Shown one piece after another: positions 9,789-19,203 of a stretch of 20,000 bases of DNA. Origin of the DNA: an uncultured virus (IMG/VR IMGVR_UViG_3300009155_000061) (taxonomy: Duplodnaviria > Heunggongvirae > Uroviricota > Caudoviricetes); the IMG/VR virus record IMGVR_UViG_3300009155_000061; one strand, given 5' to 3'. The number at the start of each line of letters is the position of its first letter. Positions within the stretch are counted from its first letter, which is position 1. The translations under genes and the position numbers were made by a program. Under the pieces are notes generated by a model. It was not told the origin of the DNA and made no database searches. It saw nothing but the letters and a program-made list of their open reading frames with translations.

Positions 9789-12700
9789 ATGCTAAACTCG
9801 AGTAGATTTATTGACGAGCGATTATCTACATCGATTACATCGTTTAACTTAGTAGAAAATCCAATAGATAAGAATAGTCCGCTATCTTTCCAAGCTTGGC
9901 TAGAATATAATCGTAATCTGTATTCGAATGCTGACGACTTTCTTGATAGATATCAATCATATCTTAATAATTGGTATGAAGTTAAGAATTTTAATAAAGA
10001 ATTACGCGAGATAACTACAAGATCTCTATATACAACTCTCATTAATGAAATTGTTTTAACATATACTTCTTCTGATGAAAAGCGTTGGCTTAAGAACATC
10101 GATTTTAGTAATAACCGCGACCTAGCAGTTGCTGTACCGTTTTTCGCTCAAAAGATTAAAGAAATATGCTTATATTATAGCACTCTACGCGACGATACGA
10201 AAACAGCAGTAACAAGATACAATCTCAAGGGCTCTAATTTTGGTATTGAAAAATTAATTTATAATGAAATATCTAAATCATTAGAAACAGAAGATTTAAC
10301 TGATTTTATTCGTACAACGGGTATTTCTTTATCCACCGTTCGTAATAATATGGTGGTTGATGTAGAAGATCTATACGATACCTATACAAACTATCTAGAT
10401 ATAAGCTACAACCTACCTGCTTCTTCTTATGATGCATCTAGCGGTACAAGAAAAGATTACTTTAATTTAAATCAGTATGATATAAATTCAAATTTATTTT
10501 TAAACTTTAATAGTGCTATTGTTCAAGCAATCACCTCTTATCCTTTCTTTTTAGTTGAGTTGGGTAATAATAATTTTAGTGTTAACCCTCCAGTTTCTCC
10601 TACTGATTTACAATATCTTAAAGATAGCGACTATATTAATACGGTTAATACGCAAACCACTGATAACTTAAATTTAAATTTACAAAAACTTGGTATAGAA
10701 AAATATATAGGTACAGACTTTTATTATGTTTCAACCGGTACAACAACAACAAACTACATCTCCGGTGTTCTCTTTACTGCAAATAACGAATTCGCTAACT
10801 ATATCAATAAGCGCTTTCCGAGTATAGCTGCAGTACCTAGTGAAGAGTATTTAAAAACTTCAAAAGATATCGGATTATTCTTTAAACCAGATAAAATTGG
10901 ATTTTCTAATTTTAATAATTTTGGTCTTACAGTTACTATTGATAGGGCTTCTTTAAGTGCAAATACTGTTTATATTTTTCCTGATCCTTCGAAATTTGGT
11001 AACGTTTCAGGGCTAACAGAAGAAGAATTTACTTCGCCTTTAAATATAGTAGAAAATAATAACTTTAATAAAATAGATTTCTCTAATCAATATAGATTTG
11101 GTGATTCTGATACCGATGCTTATTATCAGATTTTTAGAGCATATCAAAGCCGTGAGCAAACATTAGATACCTCTCTACAAGGTCACGCAAAATATACCGA
11201 CCCACAAGACTTTTTTAAAGGGGATGTTCGGTCATTATGGGCTAATTCAGATATTTTTCCATTAGTACCATCCAATGTATTTCCTATTGATTCGAGATTA
11301 GAAAAGCTTTATTCAATTAACAAGACATTAGTTCAATATAAAAACGATATTTACGGAAACGAATTTAGCTTGTATAAAGATGTACACCCACCAAAGATTG
11401 CAACAAACGAGCGTATAACTGACGGCGTTAGTTTCTACCTATGCTTGACCATGGACGGTCATTTATTCTTCGATCCTATATCAGGATATTCATTTGATTA
11501 TACAACTATTAATAAGGATAGAGGCTATACTGGTATTACACTTAAAACAACAACTAATATACCCCCAGGTACAGGTTTTTATACACAAGGCTCATCATTT
11601 CTTTCTCCTAATCCCCTCTCTGCACAATTTTATAACGACGGTATACCGCTTTTTGCATTAACTGGCGCAGTCTTACCGATTGTTTCTTATAGAATGCAGC
11701 CTGAATCATTTTGCCCTACAAGATTAGCAGTAAATTTCTTTTGCGAGGTAAAAGACGGTGTTAACTTTACTACTAAACAACATATACCTTTACCCGACTC
11801 ATCATCTGATCAGCCTACATATAACCCTGGCGCAGATCAATTATATTACGTAGAGTTAATTGACGCAGGTGTTAATTCTGCAGGACCGGATTTCAGAGCT
11901 AACTTTGTTTACCCGGGTATGTTTACATTTACACCTCCATATTCTGCAGTGACAAGATACGATGGTAATTTATTCCTTGTAAACAGCGCCGCTCCATGCG
12001 GAAGTGATCTCGACTTTGTAATTAGTTATAACGAACAAAATAATTATTTAAACTATAATATACCTCAGAGAGATACAAAAGTTATTGAAGGTGTATCGGG
12101 GCTAGAATTTAAGAGATCTATTTATCAAACTAAATATCTTGACTATGGCGATCTATACTATAGAAATTCGAATTCATCTCTAATTATACCTGCTTCTGCC
12201 GCATTAAGCGGAATGCTTATCAAATATAATACTAATATAAGAACAGAACTCGAGAATCAGCTTATTGGTTTTGATTTATACTACGATTCCTTGCAGTTCG
12301 AGACAGAAAATTATTTAGTATTTGATAAAATTAAATTTGATTACGAAACAAATACCATCTACAACCTTTCTAACGGTGATTCATGGTTCGAAAGAGGTTC
12401 TAATAAATTATTAGAAAAAATTTCTACTGTTTGGTTTAATGAAAGTGAAAACGTCGTTTTTTTCTGTAAGACAGTATTATTCAACGAACTCAGTGCAACG
12501 AACTTTAAAATTATATACCCCGAAATTTATGTATTAGATATTAATTCTCTCGATTATAGTAGAATATACCCTCCAATAACAAGAGAAGCCTTGACATTTA
12601 ATGATCTAAGAGAGTTCTCTCTATCAGGTAATTTTATTAATGTTAATATAGTAGAGATCGACAAGCCGTTGTTTAGCTATAATGAAGATACAGGTACATA

Positions 12701-12932
12701 TAGTATATCTTATCTTGGTAGAGATATTGCTAATGTCTTTTATGTTTTTAAAGTCTTCTTTAAATATGTCGACGGTCGTATAACTAATATAAGCAACACC
12801 ATGTTTAAATTAGCTACAGATGTCGATACTACCAATTTTGCTAATGCTCTATCTTCTGAGTATACAGGCTATAACGTCTTAGGAACAAGTGTTGGCACAA
12901 TAGTTGGTAACACATTTGTATTTGGAGAATAA
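9789..12932 (+). CDS. Large putative baseplate/tail structural protein
   Basis: 1047-aa ORF in the baseplate block. [14 protein letters not shown] resembles the Y..KG[ST]..[GS] motif of gp7/P2 gpI-like wedge proteins. The C-terminus is beta-rich. The function is inferred from context. Confidence 0.6.
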   Translation: MLNSSRFIDERLSTSITSFNLVENPIDKNSPLSFQAWLEYNRNLYSNADDFLDRYQSYLNNWYEVKNFNKELREITTRSLYTTLINEIVLTYTSSDEKRWLKNIDFSNNRDLAVAVPFFAQKIKEICLYYSTLRDDTKTAVTRYNLKGSNFGIEKLIYNEISKSLETEDLTDFIRTTGISLSTVRNNMVVDVEDLYDTYTNYLDISYNLPASSYDASSGTRKDYFNLNQYDINSNLFLNFNSAIVQAITSYPFFLVELGNNNFSVNPPVSPTDLQYLKDSDYINTVNTQTTDNLNLNLQKLGIEKYIGTDFYYVSTGTTTTNYISGVLFTANNEFANYINKRFPSIAAVPSEEYLKTSKDIGLFFKPDKIGFSNFNNFGLTVTIDRASLSANTVYIFPDPSKFGNVSGLTEEEFTSPLNIVENNNFNKIDFSNQYRFGDSDTDAYYQIFRAYQSREQTLDTSLQGHAKYTDPQDFFKGDVRSLWANSDIFPLVPSNVFPIDSRLEKLYSINKTLVQYKNDIYGNEFSLYKDVHPPKIATNERITDGVSFYLCLTMDGHLFFDPISGYSFDYTTINKDRGYTGITLKTTTNIPPGTGFYTQGSSFLSPNPLSAQFYNDGIPLFALTGAVLPIVSYRMQPESFCPTRLAVNFFCEVKDGVNFTTKQHIPLPDSSSDQPTYNPGADQLYYVELIDAGVNSAGPDFRANFVYPGMFTFTPPYSAVTRYDGNLFLVNSAAPCGSDLDFVISYNEQNNYLNYNIPQRDTKVIEGVSGLEFKRSIYQTKYLDYGDLYYRNSNSSLIIPASAALSGMLIKYNTNIRTELENQLIGFDLYYDSLQFETENYLVFDKIKFDYETNTIYNLSNGDSWFERGSNKLLEKISTVWFNESENVVFFCKTVLFNELSATNFKIIYPEIYVLDINSLDYSRIYPPITREALTFNDLREFSLSGNFINVNIVEIDKPLFSYNEDTGTYSISYLGRDIANVFYVFKVFFKYVDGRITNISNTMFKLATDVDTTNFANALSSEYTGYNVLGTSVGTIVGNTFVFGE

Positions 12933-12933
12933 T

Positions 12934-15666
12934 ATGTCAACCCTGTACGATTTAACATCTGCAAATAAAACATCCGTTTTATATTTTAAAGATACAATTG
13001 ATACCACAAGAGATGTGATAGTATCGTTCGATTACAACTGCAAAGGCCCTGGTATAAGTGGCTCTGAGGGGTTCTGTCTCTTCTTTGTTAATTGCATAAC
13101 GGATTACCTAACCGGTGGAAGCCCCGGGCCCGGATTCGGGTACACCAGCTTAACTGCTAATTCCGGTATAACAGTTTATTATAATGGTATTAATAAAGGG
13201 GTACTTGGTATAGGGTTTGATATTACCGGTAACTTCGGTTCAGACATCCTGCAGCTAGATGGCTATGAAATAGGTAGACCTAATACTATTGCATTGAGAG
13301 GTGGTCAAGATAGAAATTATGATCTTCTATATCGTACAGAAGGCTTAGCTTCTTCTAGCTTTGAGTATCCATTCTCTCTTTATAAACAAGAACCAAATAA
13401 TGAGTTTAACGTATTTAGAGTTAGAATTACAGATCTCGGTGAAACTATAGTACTTGATCATAATAAAGGTACAGGATTTAAAAATGTTTTAAATTACAGA
13501 CTACCCTATAGATTACCAACTTCTGTATTTCCTTGCTTGGCCTTTAGCTCAGGTCCATTAGAGACACATTTCTCTATAAAAAACTTTAATGTAAATGCTT
13601 TCTTAGTTACACCTACACCTACAAATACACCAACACGTACAGTAACGCCTACACCTACAGTAACACCAACAATTTCTATTACTCCTTCTATAACACCTAC
13701 AATTTCTATTACACCGTCGATAACACCTACAATCAGTATTACACCTTCAATTTCTCTTACACCAACAGTTACACCGACATCAACTGTCACGCCTACCGTT
13801 ACACCTTCTGTTACTGTTACATCAACAGTTACACCTTCTATTACACCTACTCTCACACCAACGATCTCTATTACCCCGACAATTTCTATCACCCCATCAG
13901 TAACCCCAACAATAAGCATTACACCTAGCATAACACCTACTATTAGCATTACTCCTTCCAGTACACCTACTCTCACGCCGACAATTTCAATAACGCCATC
14001 AGTAACCCCATCCATCACACCCACAATATCAATAACACCGTCTATTACTCCTACCATAAGCATTACACCTAGCATAACACCAACAAGAACTCAGACACCT
14101 ACTGTAAGCATAACGCTCACACCTACATCTACCCCAACAGTTACACCTACCATTTCTATTACACCTACAGTAACCTTCACACCAACTACAACACAAACAC
14201 CTACTGAGACAGTAACACCTACAATTACTTTGACACCTACTGAGACTGTAACACCTACAGTAACACAGACACCTACTGAAACAACTACACCCACTGTTAC
14301 ACCAACAATTTCTATTACACCTACGATCACACCTACAAATACAGTGACACCGACAGTCACAATTACACCTTCTGTTACTCCGACTATAACACCTACAATT
14401 TCAATAACACCTACAATTAGTATTACACCAACAATAACACCAACCCCAACAGTAACACCGTTCTTATATAGCCTATCGGGGCCTGGTGGCAGGACGCAGC
14501 CTGGTCAAGACTTGAGCATAAATGCACCTCTCAATACATCTACAATCTACTTTAATGCTGGTCCTTCTACAATTACTGCACCGTTCTCAATGGAAATTCA
14601 ATTTAACGGTGTCACAAAGATGTTTGTTACTTACGATTTCACTCGTGATGGTACAACTGTAGGGTTTAGCGAAACACCTAGCACTCCAATCTACTACACA
14701 ACATTTGCTGGTGGTACCGTTGTTAACTTTATAACACCAACATCAACACCTACACCAACAAGCACAGTTACACCTACAGTTACACCAACAATAACTGTAA
14801 CACCTACAATTAGTATTACACCAAGTATAACACCGACAAGAACACAAACGCCGACTATTAGCATTACTCCAACAATCTCCATAACACCGACTATTACACC
14901 TACAAACACTGTAACGCCGACACCGACTATTTCTGTAACACCTACAACAACACAAACACCAACAGTTACACCGACAATAAGCGTCACTCCTACAGAAACG
15001 ATAACACCAACACCTACAGTTACATCAACAGTTACACAGACTCCAACAGTTACACCTACAGTAACACCAACAAACAATTACTTTACGTTGGTAAGTTATA
15101 ATTTCTTCAATAATCGTAGTAATACTTTGCGTTATGCTGACCCTACATTATCGCCATATCTGGGTGCATTGTCAGCATGGAGCATGGTCATGGCAAGTGG
15201 CATAAATGCCGATGGTACCATTCTAGATGGCTGGGGATCCACATCATATGTTAATCCAGGTGTTAGCCGTGATGCCGCCATAGCAGCAAACGAATACTTC
15301 ACCATACCTGTATTCTCTACTGGCACATCCTCTATCATAATTAACAGTGCCACTGGCTTAACTGTGCGTCGTTCCTCAAGCGGCAATGCTCCAAGGTTAT
15401 TCAGTTATGCATACAACTACACCGGCAACATAGCAGGCGGCTATACATTTATTGCCACTGCTACTGCACAAGGCATAGGTGTTAATCAAAATATTACCAC
15501 TGAATTGAATGCCGCCTTAGCTGCTAACCCGATCACCATTGCACCAGGTGCAAACTTGTATATGTATGTGATACCGTTCAGTGGCACTGGTGTAGGTGCA
15601 GCGCTGTCATTCATCAACACTGATGCTACATCTGAAGACTTCAGATTCTCTGGGTTCATCCTGTAA
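12934..15666 (+). CDS. L-type (legume/ConA-like) lectin domain protein with mucin-like Thr/Ser/Pro stalks; putative virion appendage
   Basis: N-terminal VSFDY...GSEGFCLFF...[10 protein letters not shown]...[13 protein letters not shown] matches the L-lectin pattern (GADG.AF...GG.LGY...AVEFDT). It has two TP-rich tracts and a C-terminal beta-rich domain. ATG 12934 (TAA-T-ATG junction) is preferred over TTG 12904, giving 910 aa. Confidence 0.8.
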   Translation: MSTLYDLTSANKTSVLYFKDTIDTTRDVIVSFDYNCKGPGISGSEGFCLFFVNCITDYLTGGSPGPGFGYTSLTANSGITVYYNGINKGVLGIGFDITGNFGSDILQLDGYEIGRPNTIALRGGQDRNYDLLYRTEGLASSSFEYPFSLYKQEPNNEFNVFRVRITDLGETIVLDHNKGTGFKNVLNYRLPYRLPTSVFPCLAFSSGPLETHFSIKNFNVNAFLVTPTPTNTPTRTVTPTPTVTPTISITPSITPTISITPSITPTISITPSISLTPTVTPTSTVTPTVTPSVTVTSTVTPSITPTLTPTISITPTISITPSVTPTISITPSITPTISITPSSTPTLTPTISITPSVTPSITPTISITPSITPTISITPSITPTRTQTPTVSITLTPTSTPTVTPTISITPTVTFTPTTTQTPTETVTPTITLTPTETVTPTVTQTPTETTTPTVTPTISITPTITPTNTVTPTVTITPSVTPTITPTISITPTISITPTITPTPTVTPFLYSLSGPGGRTQPGQDLSINAPLNTSTIYFNAGPSTITAPFSMEIQFNGVTKMFVTYDFTRDGTTVGFSETPSTPIYYTTFAGGTVVNFITPTSTPTPTSTVTPTVTPTITVTPTISITPSITPTRTQTPTISITPTISITPTITPTNTVTPTPTISVTPTTTQTPTVTPTISVTPTETITPTPTVTSTVTQTPTVTPTVTPTNNYFTLVSYNFFNNRSNTLRYADPTLSPYLGALSAWSMVMASGINADGTILDGWGSTSYVNPGVSRDAAIAANEYFTIPVFSTGTSSIIINSATGLTVRRSSSGNAPRLFSYAYNYTGNIAGGYTFIATATAQGIGVNQNITTELNAALAANPITIAPGANLYMYVIPFSGTGVGAALSFINTDATSEDFRFSGFIL
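13609..14460 (+). repeat. Coding low-complexity repeat 1: 284 aa of TPT/TPS units (e.g. [10 protein letters not shown])
   Basis: Continuous T/S/P/I/V tract built from 4-aa and 6-aa units with varied synonymous codons. Confidence 0.95.
14731..15072 (+). repeat. Coding low-complexity repeat 2: 114 aa of TPT/TPS units
   Basis: Same units as repeat 1, separated from it by a 90-aa non-repetitive segment (14461-14730). Confidence 0.95.
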
Positions 15667-15672
15667 TTGATA

Positions 15673-15700
15673 TTGATTTTTTTCCTTTGTCTATTAAAAT
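15673..15700 (+). promoter_or_regulatory. Sigma70-like promoter for the glycosylation cluster
   Basis: TTGATT (15673-15678), 16-nt spacer, TAAAAT (15695-15700), then 6 nt to GTG 15707. It shares TTGATTTTT and TATTA[T/A]AAT with the dUTPase promoter. Confidence 0.6.
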
Positions 15701-15706
15701 AATTGA

Positions 15707-16993
15707 GTGAAAAAGACACTCAAAAAAGCTGCAACTACCAACAAAATATACATTTCAATTGCTTCATACCGTGATCCTCAACTGTTACCAACATTGAGAG
15801 ATTGCATTGGCAATGCAGATCACCCAGAAAATTTGACTTTTGGCATATGCTGGCAACATGATGAAAAGGAATCTTTAGAAGAGTTTGCCAAAGATAAACG
15901 TTTCAGAATCATTGATGTGCCTCACAAAGAAAGCAAAGGCACATGCTGGGCCAGAAATGCCATTCAAAAACTATACAAGAATGAGAAGTATTATCTTCAA
16001 TTGGATAGCCATCATCGCTTTGTCAAAGGCTGGGACACCAAATGCATTGACATGGTCAAGCAACTTCAAAAGAAAGGTCATAAAAAGCCTTTATTGACCG
16101 GTTATATTCCTAGCTTTGATCCAGATAATGACCCTGCAGCTCGTATCCAAGTGCCATGGAAGATGAATTTTGATAGGTTTATTCCTGAAGGCGCTGTGTT
16201 CTTCTTGCCTGCATCCATTGATGAGCACAAAGATCTTAAAGAACCAGTACCAGCACGCTTTTTCTCTGCTCATTATGTGTTTACTCTTGGTCAATGGTGT
16301 AAAGAAGTACCGTATGACCCTTATTACTACTTCCACGGTGAAGAGATCAATTTAGCTGTAAGATCATTTACACATGGTTATGATTTGTTTCACCCACATA
16401 TTGTTGTAATTTGGCATGAATACACCCGTAAAGGTCGTACCAAGCATTGGGATGATGTACCTGCATGGGGTGATATGAATACCAAGTCACATTCTCGTAA
16501 TAGAAAGTTATTTGAGATGGATGGAGAGAAAAAAGATATCGATTTCGGTGAATTTGACTTCGGAACAAAGAGAACGCTTGCCGATTATGAGAAATACTCC
16601 GGTCTAAACTTCAAGAAGCGCGCTATTCAAAGACATACAATGGAAAACAAGTATGCACCTAATCCTAATGATAATATGACTCAAGAAGAGTATGATAACT
16701 CATTCTTAAGCATCTTTAAGCACTGTATTGATGTAAGATATGATCAAGTACAGGAAAAGGATTATGACTTTTGGTGCGTTGCGTTTAAAGATGAAGAAGG
16801 TAAAGACATCTACCGTAAAGATGCAGATAAAGATGAGATTCAACGTATGATGAACGACCCTGACGGGTATTGTAAGGTATGGAGAGAGTTTAATAGTGAA
16901 AAAATGCCGCATAGCTGGATAGTCTGGCCGCATAGTGTAGCAAAAGGCTGGGCTGATCCGATTACCGGTGTTATTGGGAATAAAGTTAGCTAA
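15707..16993 (+). CDS. Gnt1/GT60-like polypeptide alpha-GlcNAc (HexNAc) transferase with an extra C-terminal domain
   Basis: IYISIASYRDPQL, SKGTCWAR, YYLQLDSHHRFVKGWD (DSH metal-binding motif), VPYDP..YFHGEE...RSFTHGYDLFHP and WHEY are characteristic of the Dictyostelium Gnt1 / Pfam 'GlcNAc' family. Confidence 0.88.
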   Translation: MKKTLKKAATTNKIYISIASYRDPQLLPTLRDCIGNADHPENLTFGICWQHDEKESLEEFAKDKRFRIIDVPHKESKGTCWARNAIQKLYKNEKYYLQLDSHHRFVKGWDTKCIDMVKQLQKKGHKKPLLTGYIPSFDPDNDPAARIQVPWKMNFDRFIPEGAVFFLPASIDEHKDLKEPVPARFFSAHYVFTLGQWCKEVPYDPYYYFHGEEINLAVRSFTHGYDLFHPHIVVIWHEYTRKGRTKHWDDVPAWGDMNTKSHSRNRKLFEMDGEKKDIDFGEFDFGTKRTLADYEKYSGLNFKKRAIQRHTMENKYAPNPNDNMTQEEYDNSFLSIFKHCIDVRYDQVQEKDYDFWCVAFKDEEGKDIYRKDADKDEIQRMMNDPDGYCKVWREFNSEKMPHSWIVWPHSVAKGWADPITGVIGNKVS

Positions 16994-17009
16994 AAATAAC
17001 AAACTAGTA

Positions 17010-17993
17010 ATGAAGACTGTAAGGATTAGTAGACAGGGATTCTCGCTTCATGGAATGCATTCATGGATGAGATTCTTTATATTTGTTTTGACTAAAAAAT
17101 ATAATGTTATTGTTGATGCTGAAAACCCTGATATTGTTCTTTTCTCCAACCTCTTTCATTATAAAGAAGGTGAATATGACACTTATTTAAAAGCACCTTC
17201 AAGAACCTTTACAAACGATACGAATAAAAAGTTTATATATGTGTCCGGTGAAGTTGCCGATTTTGGATCAACAATAAACAGTAATTCTAACTGTTGGGGG
17301 CTAGGTTACGAAAAACTTATACACTCAAGATACTTTAGAATGCCATCTTGTGTTATTGATGCATGGACGTTATTTGATGAAGCAAGAATAGTTGATACAC
17401 CCTTCAATTGGCTTGTAGAGAGACGTGATTACGATAAGATAATAAAAAGACAAAAAGGATTTTGCTCTATTACACAAGCCTCCGAATCAGCTTTTAGAGG
17501 TACTATTTTTGATAAACTACAGGAATACAAGCAAGTAACATCCTCTGGACCTTGGAGACAAAATATTTCTCCTGAAGATGCATTTAATAAATATGTTTGG
17601 CTTGCAAGCGAATATATAGGTAGGAATGACGGTCTAACATATCGAGAAAAGATAGAATTTTTTAAGAAGTTTAAATTTAATATTGCTATTCATTATACTA
17701 ACACAAATTATATTGTACAAGAAAAGCTCTTTCATGCTTTTGTAAGCGGTGCAATTCCTATTTTTTATGGTAATCAACATATACTAGAGGAAGGCTTCAA
17801 CCCAAACAGTTTTATTAATCTTCATAGTTATTCTGATTTAAATGTATTCTTAGATGATGTAAAAAGAATCGATGCGGATACAAATTTACATCGCAAATAC
17901 ATAGAAGAGCCTATCTTTGTTAACAATAAATTACCTGATTACTTTGATTTAGATAACGTTTTATCGTTTTTAGAAAAGATTGTAGAATCATAA
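17010..17993 (+). CDS. GT10 (alpha-1,3/4-fucosyltransferase-like) glycosyltransferase
   Basis: NPDIVLFS, YVSGE, RYFRMP, KGFCS, YKQVTSSG, KIEFFKKFKFNIA...EKLFHAFVSGAIPIFYG and FNPNSFIN align with the H. pylori FutA layout. ATG 17010 is preferred over GTG 16968, which lies inside the upstream gene. Confidence 0.85.
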   Translation: MKTVRISRQGFSLHGMHSWMRFFIFVLTKKYNVIVDAENPDIVLFSNLFHYKEGEYDTYLKAPSRTFTNDTNKKFIYVSGEVADFGSTINSNSNCWGLGYEKLIHSRYFRMPSCVIDAWTLFDEARIVDTPFNWLVERRDYDKIIKRQKGFCSITQASESAFRGTIFDKLQEYKQVTSSGPWRQNISPEDAFNKYVWLASEYIGRNDGLTYREKIEFFKKFKFNIAIHYTNTNYIVQEKLFHAFVSGAIPIFYGNQHILEEGFNPNSFINLHSYSDLNVFLDDVKRIDADTNLHRKYIEEPIFVNNKLPDYFDLDNVLSFLEKIVES

Positions 17994-18002
17994 TTTATTT
18001 TA

Positions 18003-18009
18003 ATAAATA
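18003..18009 (+). promoter_or_regulatory. T4-like late promoter ATAAATA
   Basis: Ends 7 nt before ATG 18017 in a 23-bp intergenic gap. Confidence 0.55.
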
Positions 18010-18016
18010 GTTCAAT

Positions 18017-18583
18017 ATGTCAATTCAAATATACCCCGTTACTAATGAAATTTTAGACAACATCGACATGTCACTTATACAAAACAGCGCTTATGGCGAT
18101 TCAGGTAACTATATTTCTTGCAAATCAGGTCGTGAGCACTATAGACTACTTACCCATATTTCACAAATCAATAACGGTAAAAAAATTATCGATCTAGGTA
18201 CTTTTAAAGGCTGGAGTGCATTATCGTTAGCACACAACCCAACTAACACAGTTATTAGTTATGATATTGCTGATTGTTTTCCTAAGAATGAACAAAATAC
18301 AAGACCTAATTTAACATATAAAATTAAAAACTTTTTAGATGATCTAGATGAATTGAATAATACAGACTTAATTTTACTCGATATCGATCCGCACGACGGT
18401 ATTCAGGAGAAAATACTTATAGAAAAATTAATTGAATTAAATTATAAAGGTGCAGTCATTATGGATGATATAAACCATTTTACTAACCTTGCATCTTATT
18501 ACAGAAGTATACCGTTTAAAAAAGATGATCTTACAGCTTTTGGACATTCTACAGGTACAGGTGTTATATATTTTAATGAATAA
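18017..18583 (+). CDS. Class I SAM-dependent methyltransferase (Methyltransf_24-like)
   Basis: Motif I IIDLGTFKGWSA, then VISYDI, DLILLDIDPHDG and GAVIMDDI. Confidence 0.85.
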   Translation: MSIQIYPVTNEILDNIDMSLIQNSAYGDSGNYISCKSGREHYRLLTHISQINNGKKIIDLGTFKGWSALSLAHNPTNTVISYDIADCFPKNEQNTRPNLTYKIKNFLDDLDELNNTDLILLDIDPHDGIQEKILIEKLIELNYKGAVIMDDINHFTNLASYYRSIPFKKDDLTAFGHSTGTGVIYFNE

Positions 18584-18586
18584 ATA
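18580..18586 (+). promoter_or_regulatory. T4-like late promoter ATAAATA
   Basis: Overlaps the upstream stop codon and ends 5 nt before ATG 18592. Confidence 0.5.
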
Positions 18587-18591
18587 AACAT

Positions 18592-19203
18592 ATGATAAAA
18601 GAAGAAAGCATTGAAAGAGGTTGGTATTCATTTGATGGTGATGTATTCGCTATGCAGAACCCGGGCGCTGCAGAAGCAGTAGCTGAACTTATTAGCTCTA
18701 CATCTATCGATATAGCTATTGAAATCGGTACACACCATGGTGGATTTACTAGTATGCTTGCAGATGCTAGAAATAAAGCAGGTAAAGACATGAAAATTTA
18801 TTCTTTTGATATTAGTGATAATAATATAGGGGTAATAGCAAAACGGTATAATTTTGATTTTAGACAGATAGATCTAATGGCTGATAGCTTGCTTATGAAT
18901 GAAATATTTAATGTAGAGGGTAAGGATAAAAAAATAGCTGTTTTTTGCGATGGTGGTAATAAAAAATATGAATTTAATTTTTTTAGCCGGTACTTAAAAT
19001 CTGGCGATATTATTGGTGCTCATGATTACGCTAAAGACCCTGAAACGTTTAATAATAAAATTAAGGGTAAAGTCTGGAATTGGGCAGAAATTACAGAAGC
19101 AGACGTTATTGAATCTATTAACACTTACAGTTTAATTGATCTACCTAACGATTTAACACAAAAATTTGAAAATGTAGCTTGGCTACTTAAAATGAAAAGT
19201 TGA
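18592..19203 (+). CDS. Class I SAM-dependent methyltransferase (Methyltransf_24/CmcI-like)
   Basis: MQNP, IEIGTHHGGFT, IYSFDI, VFCDGG and LKSGDIIGAHDY. Confidence 0.85.
   Translation: MIKEESIERGWYSFDGDVFAMQNPGAAEAVAELISSTSIDIAIEIGTHHGGFTSMLADARNKAGKDMKIYSFDISDNNIGVIAKRYNFDFRQIDLMADSLLMNEIFNVEGKDKKIAVFCDGGNKKYEFNFFSRYLKSGDIIGAHDYAKDPETFNNKIKGKVWNWAEITEADVIESINTYSLIDLPNDLTQKFENVAWLLKMKS

Noticed and set aside
14743..14955. Cys/Arg-rich 70-aa minus-strand ORF resembling a metallothionein or RiPP
   Set aside because: Alternative-frame reading of the same ACA/CCN repeat; a compositional artefact.
13609..15072. Repeat region as a CRISPR array or DGR template
   Set aside because: No identical repeats with unique spacers. 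Variation is synonymous and in frame, and no cas or reverse transcriptase gene is in the window.
13506..15077. Minus-strand Gly/Val-rich ORFs (13506-14075, 14091-14360, 14694-15077)
   Set aside because: Antisense shadows of the Thr/Pro codons of the plus-strand repeat; no independent start signals.
402..18791. Other short overlapping ORFs (e.g. 402-647, 1134-1370, 1989-2327, 2068-2259, 2377-2562, 9002-9238, 15132-15386, 15486-15719, 15885-16097, 16091-16336, 16170-16355, 16368-16568, 16706-17002, 18437-18631, 18573-18791)
   Set aside because: All overlap well-supported longer genes and have no recognisable motifs.
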